A DNA stretch of 64,000 bases from an uncultured Flavobacterium sp. (lineage in GTDB: Bacteria; Bacteroidota; Bacteroidia; Flavobacteriales; Flavobacteriaceae), in contig CAZXRX010000005.1 of assembly GCA_964642945.1 (NCBI GenBank), positions 12,818 to 76,817 on the forward strand, written 5' to 3'. Shown here in pieces: positions 56,819-64,000 of this stretch. A program made the position numbers and the translations under genes. The notes beneath the pieces are model-generated. The model made no database searches, had not been told where the DNA came from, and saw nothing but the letters and a program-made list of their open reading frames with translations. How positions within the stretch are numbered: the stretch's first letter is position 1; each line of letters begins with the position of its first letter.

Positions 56819-58471
56819 ATGGCACTCCAGAAAATAAACCCAACGACAACCAAGGCCTGGAAGCTACTTCAGGAACACCATCAGCAGCTCAGCCAAACCT
56901 CCATCAAGGGAATGTTTGACGCCGATGGCCAACGGGCGCGAAAATTCCACCTGCAATGGAACCAATTTTTGTTGGATTATTCCAAAAACCATATCAACCA
57001 AGAAACCCTGTCGTTGCTTTTGGAACTGGCAGAAGAAGTGCAACTCAAAGACGCCATCTCTAAATATTTCAGCGGTGACCTGATCAATCAAACCGAAAAC
57101 AGGGCCGTACTGCACACTGCTTTGCGGTTGCCCGAAAATGCCAGTGTATGGGTGGAGGGGCAAAACATCGTTCCGGAAATACAGGCAGTCAAACAAAAAG
57201 TAAAAGCTTTTTCCGGGCAAGTCATCAATGGGGAAAGAAAAGGATTTACCGGTAAACCCTTTACTGATGTTGTCAATGTCGGCATCGGCGGTTCAGATTT
57301 GGGTCCGGCCATGGTGGTGGAAGCCTTGCAGTATTACAAAAACCACCTGAACGTCCACTTCATTTCGAATATTGACGGCGACCAAGTCAGCGGACTGCTC
57401 GAAAAACTAAAGCCCGAAACCACTCTTTTTGTGGTAGTTTCCAAAACCTTCACTACCCAGGAAACGCTCACCAACGCCGAAACCATAAAAAAATGGTTCC
57501 TGAAAAACGCAGACGAAACTGCCATCGGAAAGCATTTTGCGGCGGTTTCTACCAATGTTACAAAAGCCAACGAGTTTGGCATCCTTTCCGAAAATATTTT
57601 CCCCATGTGGGATTGGGTAGGCGGCCGTTTTTCGCTTTGGAGTGCCGTGGGATTGTCGATAAGCCTGGGCATTGGTTACGACCATTTTGACGAATTGTTG
57701 TCGGGCGCGCGCCAAATGGATGACCATTTCAAAACCGCCCCGTTTGATCAAAACATGCCTGTCATTATGGCTTTGCTTGGTGTTTGGTACAACAACTTTT
57801 TTGGGGCGGAAACCGAAGCCATTATCCCGTATTCACAATATTTAAGGCAATTGGCCCCTTACCTGCAACAGGGCATTATGGAAAGCAACGGAAAAAGTAT
57901 AGGACGTGACGGAAAACCCGTAAACTATCAAACCGGAACCATCATCTGGGGAGAGCCGGGAAGCAATGCCCAGCATGCTTTTTTTCAGTTGATACACCAA
58001 GGCACGAAATTGATTCCTTGTGATTTTATTGGTTTTGTACAACCGTTGCACGGCAATACAGAACACCATGACAAACTGATGTCGAATTTCTTTGCTCAAA
58101 CTGAAGCGTTGCTCAACGGCAAAACGCCTGACCAAGTAAAAGCAGAACTGATGGGTGAAGGCTTGTCTGAAGCGGCTATTGAGGCACTGCTTCCTTTCAA
58201 GGTTTTTACCGGAAACAAACCCACCAATACCTTACTGATTGACCAATTGACTCCTGCCACTTTGGGGTCATTGATTGCCCTGTACGAGCATAAAATATTG
58301 GTTCAGGGCGTCATCTGGAATATTTTCAGTTATGACCAATGGGGTGTGGAATTGGGCAAGCAGTTGGCCCATTCCATACTGGATGAAATCGAGGCCAATC
58401 AGGTCAAACCCCACGACGGTTCTACCTCTTTCCTGCTGGATTATTTCCTGAAAAAGAAAAGCGCCCGATAA
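56819..58471 (+). CDS. pgi: Glucose-6-phosphate isomerase
   Basis: GIGGSDLG, SKTFTTQET, VGGRFS and DQWGVELGK; start placed at ATG 56819. Confidence 0.97.
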   Translation: MALQKINPTTTKAWKLLQEHHQQLSQTSIKGMFDADGQRARKFHLQWNQFLLDYSKNHINQETLSLLLELAEEVQLKDAISKYFSGDLINQTENRAVLHTALRLPENASVWVEGQNIVPEIQAVKQKVKAFSGQVINGERKGFTGKPFTDVVNVGIGGSDLGPAMVVEALQYYKNHLNVHFISNIDGDQVSGLLEKLKPETTLFVVVSKTFTTQETLTNAETIKKWFLKNADETAIGKHFAAVSTNVTKANEFGILSENIFPMWDWVGGRFSLWSAVGLSISLGIGYDHFDELLSGARQMDDHFKTAPFDQNMPVIMALLGVWYNNFFGAETEAIIPYSQYLRQLAPYLQQGIMESNGKSIGRDGKPVNYQTGTIIWGEPGSNAQHAFFQLIHQGTKLIPCDFIGFVQPLHGNTEHHDKLMSNFFAQTEALLNGKTPDQVKAELMGEGLSEAAIEALLPFKVFTGNKPTNTLLIDQLTPATLGSLIALYEHKILVQGVIWNIFSYDQWGVELGKQLAHSILDEIEANQVKPHDGSTSFLLDYFLKKKSAR

Positions 58472-58547
58472 AACCCACCTTTCTGAAAAAGCGGTCTTGA
58501 AATGAATGCTTTTTTTTCTATATTTGTTAAAATAAAACACCAAAACC

Positions 58548-58973
58548 ATGTATACCTTTATTCAGAAATTCCATTCAGGCTGGGCCTATTTAGTTCTCAT
58601 ACTGCTGCTTGTAGCGGCCCTTAACGCGCTTTTGGGTTATGTTATGAAGAAAGAATTCACGCCCAAAGACCGCATGCTGTCATTGTTTGCGCTGATTGCC
58701 GTTCACCTTCAATTGGTGATTGGCCTCATTTTATATTTTGTTTCCCCTTTAGGAAAAGCCAGCTTGGGTCAAATGAAAGATCCTGCCCTGCGTCTTACCT
58801 CCCTTGAGCACCCGTTACTCAACCTCATTGCCATTGCCCTGATTACCATTGGTTGGTCCCGCCACAAAAAAGCCGGTACCAGTGAATTGAAATTCAAGGG
58901 TATCAGCTTATTTTATGGCCTCGGATTGGTTTTGATATTGATCAGGATTCCTTGGGCTTCTTGGCTGAATTAA
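58548..58973 (+). CDS. Conserved four-TM membrane protein with conserved histidines
   Basis: HSGWAY, H.QL..G..LY, EHP and RIPW. Confidence 0.65.
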   Translation: MYTFIQKFHSGWAYLVLILLLVAALNALLGYVMKKEFTPKDRMLSLFALIAVHLQLVIGLILYFVSPLGKASLGQMKDPALRLTSLEHPLLNLIAIALITIGWSRHKKAGTSELKFKGISLFYGLGLVLILIRIPWASWLN

Positions 58974-59044
58974 TCCGGCCCGGATCTATACAAACCTGCC
59001 GGAATAAATTGAAAAACATCAGTTAATGCTGTAATCTTACCAAC

Positions 59045-59581
59045 ATGCCAAAACCGAAATTATCATTTCTTTATACTCTCCTCTGCGCTTTTCTGATCAG
59101 TGGATTTGCTGTTGTTCAGGCACAACAGGAGTCCAAAAAGAAAACCTTCCAGAAAAAGGAAATCAGGAAAGACAAAGAGCCCATCGTCAAGGAACTGCTC
59201 GATACGGTCAAAAAAGACAATACCAAATTGGTGCAACGCGAGCCCGTTGTTGATACCTTACTCATTGAAAAGGGCGATTTCAAATGGTATAAAGACCATG
59301 CCCACGTGTCGTATTATGCCGATCGGTTTCACGGAAAAAGAACGGCCAGCGGAAAAATTTTCGATATGAACAAAATGACGGCCGCCCACAAAAAACTGCC
59401 TTTCGGTACCAAGGTGCGGGTGACCAATGAAGCCAACGGGAAATCTGTGGTTGTGGAAGTCATTGACCGTGGACCTTTCGTCAAAGGTCGGGAAATCGAT
59501 TTGTCTAAGAAAGCATTCCAGGCCATCTCTTCCGGAAGGGGCGGTTATGTGATTGCCAAAATTGAGGTACTGAAGCAGTAA
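59045..59581 (+). CDS. rlpA: RlpA-family lytic transglycosylase (DPBB fold)
   Basis: SYY...FHG..TASG, TAAHK.LPFGT and DRGPF...R.IDLS. Confidence 0.85.
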   Translation: MPKPKLSFLYTLLCAFLISGFAVVQAQQESKKKTFQKKEIRKDKEPIVKELLDTVKKDNTKLVQREPVVDTLLIEKGDFKWYKDHAHVSYYADRFHGKRTASGKIFDMNKMTAAHKKLPFGTKVRVTNEANGKSVVVEVIDRGPFVKGREIDLSKKAFQAISSGRGGYVIAKIEVLKQ

Positions 59582-60049
59582 TTACCAGTTTTTGAACGGA
59601 TTTTGGCTTAAAAAGGCATTGTAATAGTTTTCTTTTCCCGTCACTTCTTCACCGAGCCAGTTCGGCTTATCAAAAGATTCATTTTCTTCAGCCAGTTCGA
59701 TTTCGGCCATGACCAATCCTTCATTTTCCGCGTGAAAAACATCCACTTCAAAGGTATGCAGGCCTTTGCTTACCAGGTAGCGTGTTTTTTGGATGGTACC
59801 TTTTTCGCATAAGGCCAACAGCTGTTTTCCTTCTTCAAGCGGAATTTCCTTTTCCCATTCAAAACGCGTCGTGCCACTTTCATTGCCTATCCCTTTGATG
59901 GTCAGGTAACTTTTTTCTCCTTTGATCCGGATTCTTACGTTCCTTTCAGGAGAAGTATTTAAATAGCCTTGGGCAATTTCAAAATGTGCGTGCGATTCGT
60001 TCAGGAAATCGTTGGAAACCACCAAAAACTTGCGTTCAATTTCTGTCAT
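59582..60049 (-). CDS. CYTH-domain protein
   Basis: EIERKFLV, QGYL, RIRI, K.RY, EVD.F and AEIEL. Confidence 0.92.
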   Translation of the reverse strand: MTEIERKFLVVSNDFLNESHAHFEIAQGYLNTSPERNVRIRIKGEKSYLTIKGIGNESGTTRFEWEKEIPLEEGKQLLALCEKGTIQKTRYLVSKGLHTFEVDVFHAENEGLVMAEIELAEENESFDKPNWLGEEVTGKENYYNAFLSQNPFKNW

Positions 60050-60142
60050 CTGAATAGTTGGGTTTTACAAATACCATTTGGTACCAAAAGTACAAATTCT
60101 GTTTTTAGTGCAGCCCAATCAAATAAAAACTAAATTTGTATT

Positions 60143-61225
60143 GTGTCTGACGAAATCAAATACCGCAAGATCATCCATGTGGATATGGATGCTTTTTATG
60201 CTTCTGTCGAGCAGATGGACCACCCTGAATTGAAGGGAAAACCATTGGCTGTGGGCGGAAGTGAAGCGCGTGGCGTGGTTTCGGCTGCGAGCTATGAAGC
60301 CCGTAAATTTGGTGTGCGCAGTGCGATGAGCGGGGCACAGGCCAAGCGAAACTGTCCGGAACTTATTTTTGTAAAACCACGTTTTGACCGCTACAAGGAA
60401 ATTTCGAAAAAAATCCGAGCCATTTTCCATGATTATACTGATTTGGTCGAGCCCTTGTCGCTTGATGAGGCTTATCTTGATGTTACCCAAAATAAAAAAG
60501 GGAACCCAAGTGCCTCGTTGATTGCCCAGGAAATCCGGAAACGCATTTTTGAGGAAGTCGGGCTGACGGCATCGGCAGGCATTTCTGTCAACAAATTTGT
60601 GGCGAAAATTGCCAGTGACTACAACAAACCAAACGGGCAGAAAACCGTCAATCCGGATGAGGTGGTTGACTTCCTTGAAAAACTCGACATCAAGAAGTTT
60701 TACGGCATCGGCAAGGTAACAGCCGAACGGATGTACCAACAGGGCATTTTTACGGGCCTGGACCTCAAATCAAAGTCACGGGAATACTTGGAGGAGCATT
60801 TCGGAAAAAGCGGCGGTTTTTATTACAATATCGTGCGTGGCATCCACAACAGTGAGGTCAAACCCAACCGCATTGCCAAATCTGTAGCGGCCGAGCACAC
60901 TTTTTATGAAAACCTGACTTCCGAAATTTTTATGCTCGAACAACTGGAACGCATTGCAGCCGAACTCGAAAGACGTTTGAAAAAACACCAGGTTTCAGGC
61001 AAAACGGTGACGCTGAAAATCAAATACAGCGATTTTTCCACCCAAACGAGAAGCAAAACGCTGCCGTATTTCATTTCAGACAAAGGCATTCTTTTTGAAA
61101 CCGTCAAGGAGTTGCTCTATCAGGAAAAACCCAAAGAATCGGTACGGCTTTTGGGCATTTCGCTCAACAACCTCAATACCGAAATCAAGAAAACGGTCGT
61201 GGTACAACTGAAGTTTGATTTTTGA
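60143..61225 (+). CDS. dinB: DNA polymerase IV
   Basis: HVDMDAFYASVE, YEAR.FGV, SLDEAYLD and AKIASD..KP. Confidence 0.96.
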   Translation: MSDEIKYRKIIHVDMDAFYASVEQMDHPELKGKPLAVGGSEARGVVSAASYEARKFGVRSAMSGAQAKRNCPELIFVKPRFDRYKEISKKIRAIFHDYTDLVEPLSLDEAYLDVTQNKKGNPSASLIAQEIRKRIFEEVGLTASAGISVNKFVAKIASDYNKPNGQKTVNPDEVVDFLEKLDIKKFYGIGKVTAERMYQQGIFTGLDLKSKSREYLEEHFGKSGGFYYNIVRGIHNSEVKPNRIAKSVAAEHTFYENLTSEIFMLEQLERIAAELERRLKKHQVSGKTVTLKIKYSDFSTQTRSKTLPYFISDKGILFETVKELLYQEKPKESVRLLGISLNNLNTEIKKTVVVQLKFDF

Positions 61226-61247
61226 TTGCTTTGTCAGGAAATACCAT

Positions 61248-61283
61248 AAAAAAAGCCGCTTTCTGGGTTGAAAACGGCTTTTT
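61248..61283. terminator. Bidirectional terminator
   Basis: AAAAAGCCG.TTTC...GAAA.CGGCTTTTT between convergent genes. Confidence 0.7.
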
Positions 61284-61300
61284 AATGTATTTTATGGGAT

Positions 61301-62080
61301 TTAATTCCTGCTCGAAATCTTGGAAAGCAAACGCAAAAATTCTACATACAGCCAAACCAAAGTGACCATAAGGCCCATGGCTCCAAACCATTCCATGTGT
61401 TTGGGCAACTGATTGGCGACACCTTTTTCAATCTGGTCAAAATCCAGGAAGAGGTTCAGGGCTGCAATTACAATTACAAACACGCTTATCCCGATGCTCA
61501 TGAGTGAGTTCCCATAGTGTACGGGCTGGAAACTGGTAAATAAGGTGAGCAGCCAGGAAATCAGGTAAAATGTCGCGATGGCCAACGTAGCCGCTACCAC
61601 TACCGAACGGAAGGTTTCGGTTACTTTCACGATTTGATATTTGTACAATCCGAAGCAGATCATAAAAGTGACCAAGGTCGCGCCTACTGCCTGCATCACA
61701 ATGCCTGCATAGGAAGTGAGTTCGAAAATGGCAGAAATCCCACCAAGGAACAAACCTTCAAAAATGGCATAACCCGGCGCGAGGTACCTGGAATATTGTG
61801 GTTTAAAAGCAGAAATAAGTACCAAAATCAGGGCCACTACAGCACCACCGATGGTAAGCACCATAGGATTGTATCCGCTGAATGTGAGATACCAGGTGAT
61901 GCAGGCTGCACCGATAATCATCAACAGCAACAATACACTTTTGTTGATGGTTCCGGATACGGTCATGACATCGTTGTAATCAATAACCTGGGCCTGGTTT
62001 TCTGCAGAGACTTCGTAAGTGGCTGCTTTGCTCGTGTTTTGGAACGATTTATTTTTAAAAAACGGATTGTTTGAATTCAT
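61301..62080 (-). CDS. Bax inhibitor-1/YccA family membrane protein
   Basis: MTVSGTINK, about 7 TM helices, LDFD.IE and TLVWLY.E.LRLL. Confidence 0.85.
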   Translation of the reverse strand: MNSNNPFFKNKSFQNTSKAATYEVSAENQAQVIDYNDVMTVSGTINKSVLLLLMIIGAACITWYLTFSGYNPMVLTIGGAVVALILVLISAFKPQYSRYLAPGYAIFEGLFLGGISAIFELTSYAGIVMQAVGATLVTFMICFGLYKYQIVKVTETFRSVVVAATLAIATFYLISWLLTLFTSFQPVHYGNSLMSIGISVFVIVIAALNLFLDFDQIEKGVANQLPKHMEWFGAMGLMVTLVWLYVEFLRLLSKISSRN

Positions 62081-62114
62081 GTTTTTTGATTTTAGTTATT
62101 CAAATATAAAAAAA

Positions 62115-63545
62115 TTATTCAATTTCTGAAATCCTCATGGTGTTGACCATTCCTTTGTCTACCACAGGCATCGCGGCCAGGTTAATGAGCATGTCGCCTT
62201 TTTTTACGAAATCATTTTCCTTGGCAATGCGGTTGATGTCTTCTACGGTATCATCAGTACTCACGAATTTATCGTAGAAAAAAGCGTTCACGCCCCAAAG
62301 CAGGTTGAGTTGGGTCAAAATGCGTCTGTTGGAGGTGTAGACCAAAATATGCGCTTTCGGACGCCAGGCAGAAATCTGGAAAGCCGTATAGCCACTGTTG
62401 GTGAGGGTTGAAATGGCTTTGGCATGAATTTCATTGGCCATGGTGGCAGCATGGTAACAAATCGATTTGGTGATGAAGCGTTTGGTCCTGACATAAGGTG
62501 GGTTTTGTGGCACCTGAATCAATGGGGAATCTTCAACGGCTTCGATAATTTGCGTCATTTTTTCAATGACCTGTACCGGATAATTCCCTACTGAGGTTTC
62601 CCCCGAAAGCATCACGGCATCGGCTCCGTCCATGACCGAATTGGCCACATCGTTCACCTCGGCCCTTGTCGGGGTAAGGCTGGTAATCATCGTTTCCATC
62701 ATTTGCGTGGCCACTATCACCGGGATACGGGCTGTTTTGGCGCGGAGGATGAGTTTCTTCTGGATAAGTGGTACTTCATGCGCCGGGATTTCTACACCCA
62801 AATCACCACGGGCTACCATCAACCCATCACAGAAAGCGACGATTTTGTCGATGTTTTCTACGGCTTCGGGCTTTTCGATTTTGGCAATGATGGGTATTTT
62901 ATGGTCGGAATTCTGGGCAATCAAATCTTGTAATTCTTCCAGGTCGGCCGGTGTCCTTACAAAGGAAAGGGCAATCCAGTCTACTTTTTGTTCGATGGCA
63001 AACAGCGCATCCCTGATGTCCTTTTGGGTCAATGCAGGCAAGGATACCTTAGTATTGGGTAGGTTGACCCCTTTTTTTGATTTCAACGGGCCGCCGTAAA
63101 TGACCTTACAGATGACTTCGGTAGTACCATTGGTTTCCAGTGCTTCAAAGGTGAGTTTTCCGTCGTCAAGCAAAATCCGTTCACCGGGTTTTACATCCTG
63201 TGGGAAAGCCGTATAATTCATGTATACACGGTCAGCAGTACCCGGTACGTCTTCGGCAGTCTGGAAGGTGATAAGGTCTCCAGGTGCTACCACAACGTCT
63301 TCCTTCATGGTGCCTACCCGGAGTTTTGGGCCTTGGAGGTCGGCCAATATGGCGGTGGTGTATCCGAATTCTTCATTCAATTCCCTGATGATGTCCATGC
63401 GTGCCTTGACATCGTCATAATCTGCATGTGAAAAATTGATCCGGAACACATTGACACCGGCATCAATCATGTCTTTTATAATCTCTTTCGTACTGCATGC
63501 AGGACCTAATGTGGCTACAATTTTAGTCTTCTTTCTTGTTGACAT
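62115..63545 (-). CDS. pyk: Pyruvate kinase
   Basis: KTKIVATLGP, DLQGPK, IIAKIE, MVARGDLGVE and MLSGET. Confidence 0.98.
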   Translation of the reverse strand: MSTRKKTKIVATLGPACSTKEIIKDMIDAGVNVFRINFSHADYDDVKARMDIIRELNEEFGYTTAILADLQGPKLRVGTMKEDVVVAPGDLITFQTAEDVPGTADRVYMNYTAFPQDVKPGERILLDDGKLTFEALETNGTTEVICKVIYGGPLKSKKGVNLPNTKVSLPALTQKDIRDALFAIEQKVDWIALSFVRTPADLEELQDLIAQNSDHKIPIIAKIEKPEAVENIDKIVAFCDGLMVARGDLGVEIPAHEVPLIQKKLILRAKTARIPVIVATQMMETMITSLTPTRAEVNDVANSVMDGADAVMLSGETSVGNYPVQVIEKMTQIIEAVEDSPLIQVPQNPPYVRTKRFITKSICYHAATMANEIHAKAISTLTNSGYTAFQISAWRPKAHILVYTSNRRILTQLNLLWGVNAFFYDKFVSTDDTVEDINRIAKENDFVKKGDMLINLAAMPVVDKGMVNTMRISEIE

Positions 63546-63551
63546 GTATAT

Positions 63552-64000
63552 TTAAAAAATTAGATTGTTCTTTGATTTCAGGCCGTCCGGATTAATGAAA
63601 TAAGCTGTCGAAACCCAACGGATTGACTTTACCTGTGTAAGAATTTGAGTGGTGTTGAAATGTTCGTTGCCCGAGTCGATTTTGAGCAGGAAGTTGACTT
63701 TCTTGAATTCCGGAAGCAAAAAATCTTTGGTAACGAAGGCATTCTTGCTTTCTGTAAACAGTCCTTGGTTGGCATTGGTCTGTTTAAGTGTAATTTCATT
63801 TTCGTTTTCGATGAGGTTCCAGAGCACGTCGTTTTTGACATCTTCGAAAGTAAAGCGCGAAAAAAAAGTGTGGGCTTCCTTGTTCCTGATCTTGATTTCT
63901 TCTGGATTTTTACTCAAATTAAGCTGTAGTTTTTGGTTCAAAAAGTAAGCCAGCCTGAAATCTTCGAGGGAAGTATGGATGGCCAGCACCTGAAAATCCA
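63552..64000 (-). CDS. IPExxxVDY-family protein (5' end beyond the window)
   Basis: AIH.SLEDFRLAYFLN and LLPEFKKVNF variant motif; upstream of pyk. Confidence 0.75.
   Translation of the reverse strand, partial: DFQVLAIHTSLEDFRLAYFLNQKLQLNLSKNPEEIKIRNKEAHTFFSRFTFEDVKNDVLWNLIENENEITLKQTNANQGLFTESKNAFVTKDFLLPEFKKVNFLLKIDSGNEHFNTTQILTQVKSIRWVSTAYFINPDGLKSKNNLIF

Overview
The window is mostly core chromosome of a Flavobacterium-like Bacteroidota, judged from TAnnTTTG -7 promoter boxes, A-rich start regions without Shine-Dalgarno, PorZ and the bat operon. It carries aromatic amino-acid catabolism (nbaC, kynA, hppD, hmgA), moxR-DUF58-batA-E, pheS, ileS, yicC-gmk-nadD, gpsA, gdhA, recO, uvrC, dinB, pgi and pyk. 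No rRNA, tRNA, CRISPR array, transposase, integrase or prophage was recognised. The most interesting signals are non-coding. (1) Five intergenic palindromes have arms of four 7-mers each; one encloses a four-helix-bundle (IVS-protein/bAvd-like) gene and four are empty, suggesting a small mobile or RNA-processing element with non-autonomous copies. (2) Two tandem leader-peptide attenuators with clear anti-terminators precede a PcfJ-like gene. (3) Two copies of a structured 3'-UTR repeat share identical ends. (4) There are two candidate U/G-rich sRNAs. (5) A two-gene secreted module encodes a beta-helix protein and a repeat-hydrolase-dockerin-like protein. All protein calls come from recalled family motifs, not database searches.
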